A stretch of DNA of 24,886 nt from an uncultured Pseudomonadales bacterium (GTDB lineage: Bacteria; Pseudomonadota; Gammaproteobacteria; Pseudomonadales; UBA7239), in contig CAZZNL010000001.1 of the NCBI GenBank assembly GCA_964655625.1, positions 11,882 to 36,767 on the forward strand, given 5' to 3'. The notes beneath the pieces were generated by a model. That model saw only the letters and a list, made by a program, of their open reading frames with translations. It did no database searches and was not told the DNA's origin. A program made the translations under genes and the position numbers. Each line of letters begins with the position of its first letter. The first letter of the stretch is position 1. This document shows positions 1-10,777 of this stretch, one piece after another.

Positions 1-2
1 GC

Positions 3-710
3 GTTCTTCTGAGCCTCGTTAGCTGCATCTTCACCTTTCTCAATGGCGATTTTCCCAGCGGCGGTATGTCGGGAGCTATGGGTGGCGCAGGAAAAGGCGC
101 GGCGCAGGGAATGGACAGATGCCTGGATGCCACCATGAGTTCAGCACAGCTAGCCCCCCTAGTACTGGTGGTGTGCACCGCACTGATTCTCCCAGCCGAT
201 ATCTACAAAGGCAGCGTAGCGGGCGGTCAGCCCACCATCACACCCGCAGCGGTTGCCGACATGGAAAAACGCACCAACGATGCCTTGCGCAGTGCCAACC
301 TCAGCCTCGCCTTGGTCAGCACAATTGACGACATCGGTCAGCGCAATGCGCGGCTGGCCGAGCATGAAATGACGCACAACACACTGCCAGCACCCCAAGG
401 CAATGAAACCATCGCCAGCGTTGCGGCGCGCTGGGGCTACCAAACGGTGATGGAGGTGCAGGTGCTCAGCGCCGGACTGGAAAGCAGCGACAGCCGCACA
501 CCGATGTTGCATCTCGCCATGACGGCGCACGTCAACCTCATTGAAGCCGCTTCTGGCAAATCTTTGCTGCAACAGAATTACGAGTTTGAGAGCCAGGCTC
601 AACCCATAAAATACTGGTTCGAAGACGATTACGGCACACTGAGTCGCGCCATTGTGCAAGCCAATAAACAACTTGCCGACGACATCGTTAACAACGTGTT
701 TTTAAAATAA
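3..710 (+). CDS. Hypothetical, possibly exported/lipoprotein-like protein; probably 5'-truncated by the window edge
   Basis: The frame of ORF 66..710 is open back to position 3 (VLLSLVSCIFTFLNGDFPSGG-M). It has a Gly/Ala-rich segment plus a hydrophobic stretch; no family recognised. Confidence 0.6.
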   Translation, partial: VLLSLVSCIFTFLNGDFPSGGMSGAMGGAGKGAAQGMDRCLDATMSSAQLAPLVLVVCTALILPADIYKGSVAGGQPTITPAAVADMEKRTNDALRSANLSLALVSTIDDIGQRNARLAEHEMTHNTLPAPQGNETIASVAARWGYQTVMEVQVLSAGLESSDSRTPMLHLAMTAHVNLIEAASGKSLLQQNYEFESQAQPIKYWFEDDYGTLSRAIVQANKQLADDIVNNVFLK

Positions 711-739
711 AAGCTTTGAGATAAAAGCTTTTATTTTAA
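702..739. terminator. Perfect 16-bp inverted repeat between convergent genes, probable bidirectional terminator
   Basis: TTAAAATAAAAGCTTT (702-717), 6-nt loop, AAAGCTTTTATTTTAA (724-739); it overlaps both stop codons. Confidence 0.6.
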
Positions 740-1924
740 GCCTGCCGCATCGCGCAAAGCCGCTGCCTTATCGGTTCGCTCCCAAGTGAACGTTGTGCAA
801 GGTTTGCCGTTGTACACAATCTCCTCAGATGCACGCCCAAAGTGGCCATAAGACGCTGTGGGGCGATAAATCGGATGCAGCAAATCCAATTGGCGTGTCA
901 AACCGTAAGGGCGCAGATCAAAAAATTCGCGCACTAACTGCACAATTTTTTCATCAGATATTTTGCCGGTGCCGAAAGTGTTGATAGAAACCGATGTCGG
1001 CTCCGCCACACCAATGGCGTACGACACCTGAATTTCACAGCGATCAGCCAGACCAGCTGCAACAATGTTTTTTGCCACATAGCGACCGGCATACGCAGCA
1101 GAGCGATCGACTTTGGAAGGATCTTTGCCCGAAAACGCACCACCACCGTGACGCGCCATGCCACCGTAAGAATCGACAATGATTTTGCGACCTGTCAAAC
1201 CGCAATCGCCCATCGGTCCGCCGATTTCAAAACGGCCGGTAGGGTTGATGTATATCTTGGTTTCTTTGGACATCCACTGCGCGGGAATCACGTGTTTGAT
1301 CACCAGTTCCATCACGCCATCGTGTATGTCTTTATCGCTGACATCCGCTGCGTGCTGTGTCGACAACACAATGGCATCCACCGCTACCGGCTTGCCATTT
1401 TCATAGCGGAAAGTAACTTGCGATTTGGCATCAGGGCGCAACCACGGCAGTAAACCGGACTTGCGCGCCTCTGCCTGTCTCTCTACCAAACGATGCGCAT
1501 ATTGAATCGGCGCTGGCATCAACACATCGGTTTCATTCGAGGCGTAACCAAACATCAAACCCTGGTCACCTGCGCCCTGGTCTTCCGGCTTGGCGCGATC
1601 AACACCTTGCGCAATATCCGGCGACTGTTGGCCGAGCAAATTCAATACGCCGCAAGTGCTGCCATCAAAATACACATCTGAACTGTTGTAGCCAATGTCA
1701 TTGATGACACCGCGAATAATTTTTTCGTAATCGATCACGGCGGTTGTAGTAATTTCACCGGCGACAATGGCCACGCCAGTTTTTACCAGCGTTTCACAGG
1801 CCACGCGTGCGTATTGATCCTGTTCGAGAATAGCGTCGAGGATGGCATCCGACACTTGGTCCGCCATTTTATCGGGATGGCCTTCAGAAACAGATTCAGA
1901 AGTAAAAACGGAATACTCAGACAT
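731..1924 (-). CDS. metK: S-adenosylmethionine synthetase
   Basis: [35 protein letters not shown] signature motifs; 397 aa. Confidence 0.99.
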   Translation of the reverse strand: MSEYSVFTSESVSEGHPDKMADQVSDAILDAILEQDQYARVACETLVKTGVAIVAGEITTTAVIDYEKIIRGVINDIGYNSSDVYFDGSTCGVLNLLGQQSPDIAQGVDRAKPEDQGAGDQGLMFGYASNETDVLMPAPIQYAHRLVERQAEARKSGLLPWLRPDAKSQVTFRYENGKPVAVDAIVLSTQHAADVSDKDIHDGVMELVIKHVIPAQWMSKETKIYINPTGRFEIGGPMGDCGLTGRKIIVDSYGGMARHGGGAFSGKDPSKVDRSAAYAGRYVAKNIVAAGLADRCEIQVSYAIGVAEPTSVSINTFGTGKISDEKIVQLVREFFDLRPYGLTRQLDLLHPIYRPTASYGHFGRASEEIVYNGKPCTTFTWERTDKAAALRDAAGLK

Positions 1925-1946
1925 GGACTACGCTCCTGTTACACAT

Positions 1947-2966
1947 TCAAGAAGAGTGGAGGGAATGCGGCAACTTGCGCGCCGCGTGAATTTGGATCTG
2001 AAAACCATTGCGCAAAGCCAGATACTGACTGTGCTCACAAACAAAACCGGCTTGCGTGAGCCAGCCGGTTAATTCATCCGGATCAAAACCGAGCCAGATA
2101 TCACCGCAAGATTCTCGCACCCAGCTCTGCTGGTGATGCGACAATTCACAGATCAGCAATACCGCTTGCGCAGGCATCAAGCGCGCCACGGCAGCAATAA
2201 TTTTTGCGGGCGATGGCGTATGGTGCAACACCATGTTCAACACCACACAGTCGGGATGCAAAGCTTGCGACAGATCAGACACCTCTTCGCAGTGCAGCTC
2301 AACATTGGCCAGCGCTTTTTCCCGCACATATTCCGCTGCTTGTGCCAGCATCGGCGGCTGATTGTCGATGCCCAACACCGCATCAAAACGCATCGACAAT
2401 TCAGCTAGAAACTGTCCGTTGCCGGGGCCTATTTCCAACGCCAATTTGCGCGAAGGCAAACGCAAGCGATCCAGCAGAGCGGCCACAGCCGAACCGTACA
2501 ACTCGTAATCGGCAATCTGCTCTTGCTGTTGACGAAACAGCGCCGCATTGTCTTTGAAAAAATCGTGCGAACTGGCGGTGCGCTCGCGCTGCACGGCTTG
2601 CAAGCGCGCGGTAATGTCCGCATCGAGAACCATGCTGTCGATGCGCGCGAACAGCGCCTGCTGTATCTGCGCCAATTCATGGCTGCGACTGCCGCACTCC
2701 GCCGCCGTGGTGCGGCGATAAAAAATGGTGTTGCCTTCGCGTCGCGTCGTCACCCAACCCGACTGCGCCAGAATTTTCAGGTGATGACTCATACCCGACT
2801 GCTTGACGGCCAGCAGCTGACACAACTCCAACACCGCAAACGAATCCTGCTTGAGCAGGCGCAGCACCATCAGCCGCAGCGGATCGGCGGCGGCCTTCAG
2901 GTAGCTGGCCAGATGCAGACATTCGCTGTCGGCATCGGCTGCGATGGGCAAGGAATCGGGAAGCAT
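1947..2966 (-). CDS. sahR: ArsR-family HTH + SAM-dependent methyltransferase-like domain regulator (SahR-type)
   Basis: N-terminal ArsR HTH (DPLRLMVL...QSGMSHHLKIL...RREG); C-terminal class I MTase motif LEIGPGNG and NMVLHH; directly upstream of metK; palindromic operator upstream. Confidence 0.85.
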   Translation of the reverse strand: MLPDSLPIAADADSECLHLASYLKAAADPLRLMVLRLLKQDSFAVLELCQLLAVKQSGMSHHLKILAQSGWVTTRREGNTIFYRRTTAAECGSRSHELAQIQQALFARIDSMVLDADITARLQAVQRERTASSHDFFKDNAALFRQQQEQIADYELYGSAVAALLDRLRLPSRKLALEIGPGNGQFLAELSMRFDAVLGIDNQPPMLAQAAEYVREKALANVELHCEEVSDLSQALHPDCVVLNMVLHHTPSPAKIIAAVARLMPAQAVLLICELSHHQQSWVRESCGDIWLGFDPDELTGWLTQAGFVCEHSQYLALRNGFQIQIHAARKLPHSLHSS

Positions 2967-2994
2967 GGCACTGCCAGTTAAAACGCGAGCGGCG

Positions 2995-3038
2995 ATACTA
3001 GCAGAGCTGGCACCTATATCAAAGTTTTTTGATATAGG
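2995..3038 (-). promoter_or_regulatory. SahR-type operator palindrome overlapping a putative sigma70 promoter of sahR-metK
   Basis: Perfect 11-bp inverted repeat CCTATATCAAA-GTTT-TTTGATATAGG (3013-3038), core ATATCAA-N6-TTGATAT. On the minus strand, TTGATA (3022-3017) and TAGTAT (3000-2995) are 16 nt apart. Confidence 0.75.
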
Positions 3039-3041
3039 AAA

Positions 3042-3491
3042 TCAGTGCGACGTCGGCTGCTGTGCCTGCTGCGCCAGCGCTTGTTGGAACAGGGCTTCGA
3101 AATTGATCGGCGGCAGCATCAATGGCGGCAGGGTGGCGCGCACCATCAGGCCGTCAACCGCTTCGCGCGCATAGGGAAATAAAATCGACGGGCAGTTGAT
3201 GCCCGCCACTTGGCGGATTTGCTCCTCACTCAACCCGCGCATCAAGAACACGCCCGCCTGCTGCACTTCCACCAGAAACGCCGGCTGATCATCGAGCTTG
3301 CCCGTGATCGTGAGCGTCAACACCACTTCGTAGTGGTCGTCATGCATGGCCGTGGTGGTGGTCGACAACTCCTGCTCCACTGCCGGTTTCCACTGGCGAC
3401 CAAACACCGTGGCGCCCAAGGGCAGCTCGAATGAGGCGTCTTTGACGTAAATGCGCTGGATACCAAACTGCTGCTCGACTGGCTCGGCCAT
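3042..3491 (-). CDS. secB: Protein-export chaperone SecB
   Basis: QRIYVKDASFE, EVQQAGVF, CPSILFPYARE, LPPINFEAL motifs; canonical synteny with grxC. Confidence 0.97.
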   Translation of the reverse strand: MAEPVEQQFGIQRIYVKDASFELPLGATVFGRQWKPAVEQELSTTTTAMHDDHYEVVLTLTITGKLDDQPAFLVEVQQAGVFLMRGLSEEQIRQVAGINCPSILFPYAREAVDGLMVRATLPPLMLPPINFEALFQQALAQQAQQPTSH

Positions 3492-3519
3492 AAAAACTCC
3501 GTAATAAAAGTCTTATTCG

Positions 3520-3777
3520 TTAAGTGTGCGCTAACAAACTATCGAGTTCACCGCGCTGTTCCAAGGCGTGCAAATCGTCACAACCGCCGATGTGGCGTTC
3601 GCCGATCCAAATTTGCGGCACGGTATTGCGGCCGGCACGGGCTGCCATTTCTGCACGCAGTCCCGCTTCGCCATCGACACAAATTTCTTCAAAGTCCACG
3701 CCTTTGTCTCGCAGCAGCGCCTTGGCACGACGGCAGTAAGGGCAAAAATCCGAGGAGTAGATCGTCACCGCCGCCAT
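3520..3777 (-). CDS. grxC: Glutaredoxin 3
   Basis: CPYC active site, TVPQIWI, GGCDDL; 85 aa. Confidence 0.97.
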   Translation of the reverse strand: MAAVTIYSSDFCPYCRRAKALLRDKGVDFEEICVDGEAGLRAEMAARAGRNTVPQIWIGERHIGGCDDLHALEQRGELDSLLAHT

Positions 3778-3780
3778 GCA

Positions 3781-4191
3781 TCAGCCTCCCTTCACCAGTG
3801 GCAGGTTGGCAATGGTCCATTCGCTCATTCCACCCTGGAGGCGAGACACTTGAAAACCGGCCTGCTTCAGGGTGCGCCCGGCAGCTGCGCTGTGCTGGCC
3901 CATCTTGTCTACCAGCACCAGCGGGCGTGCTTTATCGAGCTCATTCATGCGCTCGGCCAGTTTGGCGTAGGGAATGTTGAGCGCATCAACCACATGGCCT
4001 TCGCGAAACTCCTTGGGCTCGCGCAGATCCAGCACCAGGGCATTGGCTTGGTTGACCTGCTGGGTCAGCTGATGCACAGAGATACTGTCACCGGCGCGAC
4101 GATTCTCGTTCCACAGAAACAAACCAAGTAGCGCCAACAGCAGGGACACCAGCATCCACTGCTCGCCAATAAATGTGAGAAACAAAGCCAT
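3781..4191 (-). CDS. Rhodanese-like domain membrane protein (YibN-like)
   Basis: N-terminal TM helix, LDLREPKEFREGHV, LQGGMSEW; syntenic with grxC-secB. Start taken at ATG 4191 (alternative GTG 4206). Confidence 0.9.
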   Translation of the reverse strand: MALFLTFIGEQWMLVSLLLALLGLFLWNENRRAGDSISVHQLTQQVNQANALVLDLREPKEFREGHVVDALNIPYAKLAERMNELDKARPLVLVDKMGQHSAAAGRTLKQAGFQVSRLQGGMSEWTIANLPLVKGG

Positions 4192-4333
4192 GGGGTTATC
4201 AGACACTGCAATTTTGGGAGGCGAAAGTATACACGCCTCCCGCCAGACATAAGCTCACTGACGAGTGTCTTTGCCAGAGATCAAGGCTTCCGTAAGATAG
4301 CGCCTTCTTCTTTTGTATCGGCTTGAGTCGCCC

Positions 4334-5869
4334 ATGACCTCCGCTCCCACACCCCTCGTTCTCCTCATTCTCGACGGCTTCGGCTACCGCGAAGACACCC
4401 AAGACAACGCCATCGCCGCCGCCAACAAACCGGTGTGGGACGCGCTGTGGCGCAATAACCCGCACAGCCTGGTCTCTGGCTCCGGTCTGGATGTGGGTCT
4501 GCCTGAAGGCCAGTTCGGCAACAGCGAAGTCGGCCACATGACCTTGGGCGCGGGGCGCGTGGTCTGGCAACAGCTGACACGCATCGATAAAGACATTGTC
4601 GATGGCGCGTTCTTTCACAATCCCGCCTACTGCCAGGCCATCGACAAAGCAGTAGCTAACGGCAAGGCCGTGCATATTTGGGGCTTGTTGTCGGAAGGTG
4701 GCGTGCACAGCCATGAAAATCACATCTTCGCCGCTCTGGAACTGGCCGCTCAACGTGGAGCCCAGCAAATTTTCTTGCACGCGTTTCTCGATGGCCGCGA
4801 CACGCCGCCGCGCAGCGCTGAGCAATCACTACAGCGCGCGCAAAACAAATTCGAGGCCTTGGGCGTCGGCCGTTTTGCTTCCATCTGCGGGCGCTACTAC
4901 GCCATGGATCGCGACAAACGCTGGGATCGCGTCGAGCAGGCCTACGACTTGCTGACCACCGGCAGCGCGGCGTTTCACGCAGACACTGCCGTTGCCGGTT
5001 TACAAGCCGCGTATGCACGCGATGAAAACGATGAGTTCGTTAAAGCGACCACTATCGGTGCGCCGGTAGCGCTGCAAGATGGCGATGTGGTGCTGTTCAT
5101 GAACTTCCGCGCCGACCGCGCGCGCCAAATCACGCGCACATTGACCGATGCCAATTTCAACGGTTTTGCGCGCAAAGCACATCCCGCGCTCGGCGCTTTT
5201 GTCATGACCAGCGAATACGCCGATGATATTCAAGCACTGTGCGCCTACCCGCCAACCACCTTAAAAAACTCTTTGGGCGAATACCTGGAGAGCCTGCACA
5301 AAACGCAACTGCGCATTGCCGAAACGGAAAAATATGCGCACGTCACTTTCTTTTTCAGCGGCGGGCGCGAAGCGCTCTACGAGGGCGAACAGCGCATCTT
5401 GGTCGACTCCCCTAAAGTCGCCACCTATGACTTACAGCCGGAAATGAGCGCCTTTGAAGTGACCGACAAACTGGTGGCGGCGATCAACAGCCAGCAGTTC
5501 GATGTCATCATCTGCAACTATGCCAACGGCGATATGGTCGGCCACACCGGTGTGTTCAGCGCCGCTGTCAAAGCGGTGGAGGCGCTAGATGTTTGCGTGG
5601 GACGTGTGCGCGATGCCGTGCTGGCTGTCGGCGGCGAATGCCTGATCACCGCCGATCACGGCAACTGCGAACAGATGCAAGACTACGAAGCACAACAAGT
5701 GCACACCCAACATACTTGTGAACAAGTTCCGTTTTTATACATCGGGCAGCGTTCAGTGACGATCAGCGACGGTGGTACACTGGCCGACGTTGCACCGAGC
5801 ATGCTGACACTGCTGGGATTGCCGCAACCCGCCGAGATGACGGGGCGCAGTCTCATCACGCTGGCCTGA
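4334..5869 (+). CDS. gpmI: 2,3-bisphosphoglycerate-independent phosphoglycerate mutase
   Basis: [42 protein letters not shown] motifs; ATG at 4334. Confidence 0.98.
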   Translation: MTSAPTPLVLLILDGFGYREDTQDNAIAAANKPVWDALWRNNPHSLVSGSGLDVGLPEGQFGNSEVGHMTLGAGRVVWQQLTRIDKDIVDGAFFHNPAYCQAIDKAVANGKAVHIWGLLSEGGVHSHENHIFAALELAAQRGAQQIFLHAFLDGRDTPPRSAEQSLQRAQNKFEALGVGRFASICGRYYAMDRDKRWDRVEQAYDLLTTGSAAFHADTAVAGLQAAYARDENDEFVKATTIGAPVALQDGDVVLFMNFRADRARQITRTLTDANFNGFARKAHPALGAFVMTSEYADDIQALCAYPPTTLKNSLGEYLESLHKTQLRIAETEKYAHVTFFFSGGREALYEGEQRILVDSPKVATYDLQPEMSAFEVTDKLVAAINSQQFDVIICNYANGDMVGHTGVFSAAVKAVEALDVCVGRVRDAVLAVGGECLITADHGNCEQMQDYEAQQVHTQHTCEQVPFLYIGQRSVTISDGGTLADVAPSMLTLLGLPQPAEMTGRSLITLA

Positions 5870-5925
5870 CAGCTTTTACGCACGCACCACTTTTTATTTA
5901 ATACATTCCGCAAGGAGATGCACAC

Positions 5926-7304
<1,379 letters not shown>

Positions 7305-7334
7305 ACTTTCACCTTGCCATCGAGATTTATCGTC

Positions 7335-8819
7335 ATGCTATCTGACACTTTGCACACTGCCGAAGAAACGCGCGCCCTGGATGCAGCCATGATTGCCAGC
7401 GGCATCAGCGGCATTGCCTTGATGAAACGCGCCGCACGCGCCGCGCTGGAGGTGTTGTTGGCGCACTGGCCAGATCCCGCGCGCATCACAGTATTGTGCG
7501 GCAGTGGCAACAACGGCGGTGACGGTTATTTGCTGGCAGCACTGGCGCAGGAAAAAAATATTGCTGTGCAGGTATGGGCTGTCGGCGCTGTCGACCAATT
7601 GCTCGGCGATGCAAAATTGGCTCATGCATACGCCGTGCGCAGCGGCGTTGACGTGGCAGCTTGGCACGCGGATATGGCGCTGCCGGCCACCGGCGTGATC
7701 GTCGACGCCTTGCTCGGCACCGGCAGCAGTGGCGCGGCGCGTCACGCCTACGCTGCCGCTATCGAAACCATCAATGACAGCGGCCTGCCCATTCTCGCTA
7801 TCGACCTTCCTTCCGGCATCGATGCTGACAGCGGCTGTGCGGAAGGTGTGGCTGTGGTGGCAGATGTCACCGTCACTTTTGTCGCCCGCAAACGCGGCCT
7901 GTATACCGCCGATGCGCCCGACTTCACCGGTGTGGTGGAATTTGCCAGCTTGGGCGCTGAGGCATTGCCGCCCGCAGAAGACATCGATTGCGAACTGCTG
8001 TCTCTGCCCGATTTGTTGGACGCCCTGCCGCCTCGCCCGCGCACGGCACACAAAGGCTTGTTTGGGCATGTCATGGTGATCGGCGGCGACTGCGGCACGG
8101 GTGGCGCGGTCTTGCTGGCGGCAGAGGCGGCGACCCGCTGCGGCACCGGGCTGACCAGTGCCGCCACGCGGCCAGAGCATGTTGCGGCGGTGCTGGCGCG
8201 TCGCCCCGAAATCATGGTGACCGGCGTCACCTCCGGCCAAGCGCTGGAGCCGCTGTTGGCAAAGCCTTCGGTGCTGGTAGTCGGCCCCGGTCTCGGACGC
8301 AGCGCCTGGTCTGAACAGATGTTGCAACAGGCCACCCTGAGCGGCCTGCCATTGGTGCTCGATGCCGATGCACTCAACATGCTCGCCGAAGGTCGCGTGG
8401 TGCGCGAGCCGCGCCGCGACGACTGGGTGCTGACCCCACACCCTGCCGAGGCCGCCCGTCTGCTCGGTATCACCACCGCCGATGTGCAGCGCGACCGCTT
8501 TGCCGCCGTGCGCGCCCTGCAGCAACGCTACGGCGGCGTCGCCGTATTAAAAGGTGCAGGCACGCTGGTCTGCGGCCCCGATGGCGTCATCGGCCTGTGC
8601 AACGGCGGCAATCCCGGCATGGCCTCCGGCGGCATGGGTGACGTGCTGGCCGGCATTATCGGCAGCTTGCTGGCACAAGACCTCGACCCCACCACAGCCG
8701 CGAGCCTCGGCGTCTGCCTGCACGCCGAAGCCGCCGACTGCGCCGCCGCAGAACAGGGCGAACGCGGCCTGCTCGCCACCGATCTCATCGCACATCTGCA
8801 GGGGCTGGTGAACCCGTAG
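7335..8819 (+). CDS. nnr: Bifunctional NAD(P)H-hydrate epimerase/dehydratase (YjeF)
   Basis: CGSGNNGGDG, VDALLGTG, AIDLPSG, TAHKGLFG, GPGLG, LDADAL, LTPHPAEA, GGMGDVLAG motifs; start ATG 7335 (or TTG 7314). Confidence 0.96.
   Translation: MLSDTLHTAEETRALDAAMIASGISGIALMKRAARAALEVLLAHWPDPARITVLCGSGNNGGDGYLLAALAQEKNIAVQVWAVGAVDQLLGDAKLAHAYAVRSGVDVAAWHADMALPATGVIVDALLGTGSSGAARHAYAAAIETINDSGLPILAIDLPSGIDADSGCAEGVAVVADVTVTFVARKRGLYTADAPDFTGVVEFASLGAEALPPAEDIDCELLSLPDLLDALPPRPRTAHKGLFGHVMVIGGDCGTGGAVLLAAEAATRCGTGLTSAATRPEHVAAVLARRPEIMVTGVTSGQALEPLLAKPSVLVVGPGLGRSAWSEQMLQQATLSGLPLVLDADALNMLAEGRVVREPRRDDWVLTPHPAEAARLLGITTADVQRDRFAAVRALQQRYGGVAVLKGAGTLVCGPDGVIGLCNGGNPGMASGGMGDVLAGIIGSLLAQDLDPTTAASLGVCLHAEAADCAAAEQGERGLLATDLIAHLQGLVNP
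8790..8819 (+). repeat. Left copy of imperfect direct repeat (nnr 3' end)
   Basis: GCACATCT-gcagg-GGCTGGTGAACCCGTAG (AHLQGLVNP*); degenerate second copy at 9629-9664. Confidence 0.6.
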
Positions 8820-8880
8820 GCCAATCACCCACTGAGACAAATGGTTCACGGAACGAACCGAAAAAGTCTTCAGTAAAAAC

Positions 8881-8930
8881 TTGCATAATTACTAATAAAT
8901 ACTTATTTTTTATAAGCGCACAAGGAGGTG
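8881..8930 (+). promoter_or_regulatory. AT-rich promoter/operator and RBS of the TA operon
   Basis: TTGCAT (8881-8886), 17 nt, TATTTT (8904-8909); inverted repeat CTTAT-N5-ATAAG (8902-8916) over the -10; RBS AAGGAGG 8922-8928. Confidence 0.55.
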
Positions 8931-8936
8931 CGAACG

Positions 8937-9194
8937 ATGTATTGCGTCAACTGGCAATCCAGAGCCCGTAAACAAATCAGCAAGATTATCGATCGCACCG
9001 CGCGCATAGAGCTTGAAGAAGCCGTTGATGGCTTGCATTTTTGGCCAGATTGCTCGCAAGTCAAAGCACTGACGAACCATGACTATGGATATCGTCTGAG
9101 AGCAGGTCGATTTCGCATCCTTTTTGACGTCGATACCGCCACACGCATTATTACTATCCAAGAGGTGAAAAAACGTGATGACCGCACCTACTGA
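8937..9194 (+). CDS. Type II toxin, RelE/ParE superfamily (HigB-like position)
   Basis: 85 aa, ARKQISKI ... VKAL ... GYRLRAGRFRILF ... IQEVKKRD RelE-type motifs; strong RBS 8 nt before ATG 8937. Confidence 0.88.
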   Translation: MYCVNWQSRARKQISKIIDRTARIELEEAVDGLHFWPDCSQVKALTNHDYGYRLRAGRFRILFDVDTATRIITIQEVKKRDDRTY

Positions 9195-9519
9195 AATACA
9201 AACCATTCTCCAGAATGGCAAGCCGGCTTTTGTTGTTATTCCCTATGAGGAGTACCTGCGTCTTGTACCTGATGCCACTCAGCGCATTCCCGATGATGGC
9301 ACAGTGCCGCACGAAGTTATGCGCTATGTGCTGAGGGAGAATTATTCCCTGCCGCGCGCATGGCGCGAGTACTTGGGTTTCACACAGGCAGATGTAGCTG
9401 CACGCATGCACATTACCCAGTCTGCCTTGGCTCAAATGGAAACCAGCAATCGTCCGCGTAGGGCAACACTGGAAAAACTGGCTACAGCACTCGGCGTTTC
9501 AGTGGAACAGCTGGTTTAG
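9178..9519 (+). CDS. XRE-family HTH antitoxin (HigA-like) with N-terminal [14 protein letters not shown] segment
   Basis: Overlaps the toxin 3' end; GAGGTG RBS; C-terminal [29 protein letters not shown]...[12 protein letters not shown]. Confidence 0.88.
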   Translation: MTAPTEIQTILQNGKPAFVVIPYEEYLRLVPDATQRIPDDGTVPHEVMRYVLRENYSLPRAWREYLGFTQADVAARMHITQSALAQMETSNRPRRATLEKLATALGVSVEQLV

Positions 9520-9628
9520 TTGGCAGGAAAACAGGAGTGCGTGCAGCAAACTTGATCCGCTTCTCTTGTTGATGATGGTTTCGATGATGTTATCGGCGAG
9601 TAAACGCCACCTTTCTATTTTCCCGACA

Positions 9629-9664
9629 GCACATCTCTCACCGTATTGGCTCGTGAACCCGCAA
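9629..9664 (+). repeat. Right, degenerate copy of the nnr 3' end
   Basis: GCACATCT-ctcaccgtatt-GGCTCGTGAACCCGCAA ([12 protein letters not shown]): 8/8 and 13/14 nt identity blocks with 8790-8816. Confidence 0.6.
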
Positions 9665-9666
9665 CC

Positions 9667-9723
9667 CTGTCAACCCAAAATCCGCTCTCAGGTTGACAGC
9701 GGCACCAAGGGCGCGGCTATGAT
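9667..9723 (+). promoter_or_regulatory. BirA operator (bioO-like) overlapping the bioB promoter
   Basis: Perfect inverted repeat CTGTCAACC-N15-GGTTGACAG (9667-9699) resembling the proteobacterial BirA box. The right arm contains TTGACA; TATGAT lies at 9718-9723 (19-nt spacer). Confidence 0.8.
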
Positions 9724-9748
9724 GCGCCTTTTCTCGCAGGCCTTTCCC

Positions 9749-10768
9749 ATGACCCTCGCAGCACTACGCCACGACTGGACGCGACAAGAAATCCTTGCCC
9801 TGTTCGCTCTCCCCTTCAATGACCTGCTGTTCCGCGCCCAACAGGTTCACCGCGAGCACTTCGACCCCAACCAGGTGCAGGTGAGCACGCTGCTGTCGAT
9901 CAAAACCGGCGCTTGCCCTGAAGACTGCAAATACTGCCCGCAGAGCGGCCATTACGACACTGGGCTCGACAAGGAAAAATTGCTGGAAATTGAAAAAGTG
10001 ATCGAGGAGGCGCGCGCCGCCAAAGCCAATGGCTCCACCCGCTTCTGCATGGGCGCAGCCTGGCGCTCGCCGGCGGAAAAAGACATGCCCTATGTGTTGC
10101 ACATGGTGCGCGAAGTCAAAGCACTGGGCATGGAAACTTGCATGACTCTGGGCATGCTGGATGCCGATAAATCCAAACGTTTGGCGGAAGCGGGCCTGGA
10201 TTATTACAACCACAATCTGGATACATCACCGGAGTACTACGGTGAGATCATCACCACACGCACTTACGCCGACCGTTTGGAAACTCTGGACAATGTGCGC
10301 AACGCCGGCATGAAAGTGTGCAGCGGCGGCATTGTCGGTATGGGCGAAACACAAAATGATCGCGCCGGTTTGTTGCAGCAACTGGCCAACATCAATCCAC
10401 ACCCAGACTCCGTGCCAATCAACAACCTCGTCAAAGTAGAAGGCACGCCGTTGGAAAACGAAGCGGATATCGACCCTTTTGATTTTTTGCGCACGATTGC
10501 CGTGGCGCGCATTCTGATGCCGCGTTCGCATGTGCGCTTATCTGCCGGGCGCGAAACCATGAATGAACAAATGCAGGCGCTCGCTTTTTTTGCCGGCGCC
10601 AACTCCATTTTCTACGGCGAAAAACTGCTGACCACGCCCAACCCGGCTGCGCATAAAGACCAACAGCTATTCGCCAAACTGGGCATCAATCCACAAATGC
10701 GCACTGCTGGTGAAGAACCAGCCGCGTCCGCACAAGATCACACCCGCTTTTACGATGCCTGTGCTTGA
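9749..10768 (+). CDS. bioB: Biotin synthase
   Basis: Radical [38 protein letters not shown]; start set at ATG 9749, downstream of the operator. Confidence 0.98.
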   Translation: MTLAALRHDWTRQEILALFALPFNDLLFRAQQVHREHFDPNQVQVSTLLSIKTGACPEDCKYCPQSGHYDTGLDKEKLLEIEKVIEEARAAKANGSTRFCMGAAWRSPAEKDMPYVLHMVREVKALGMETCMTLGMLDADKSKRLAEAGLDYYNHNLDTSPEYYGEIITTRTYADRLETLDNVRNAGMKVCSGGIVGMGETQNDRAGLLQQLANINPHPDSVPINNLVKVEGTPLENEADIDPFDFLRTIAVARILMPRSHVRLSAGRETMNEQMQALAFFAGANSIFYGEKLLTTPNPAAHKDQQLFAKLGINPQMRTAGEEPAASAQDHTRFYDACA

Positions 10769-10777
10769 AACCACCGC

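Noticed and set aside
7338..8525. 395-aa antisense ORF and other long shadow ORFs across the window
   Set aside because: They lie opposite well-supported genes, are expected from GC-rich codon bias, and show no motifs.
9500..9673. Possible divergent promoter (minus-strand TTGACA in the operator left arm) and short antisense ORF toward the antitoxin
   Set aside because: No acceptable -10 at 16-18 nt and no start/RBS; the symmetry is explained by the BirA palindrome.
9566..9748. 61-codon N-terminal extension of BioB in the ORF track
   Set aside because: It runs through the BirA operator/promoter and the degenerate nnr repeat; BioB homology starts near ATG 9749.
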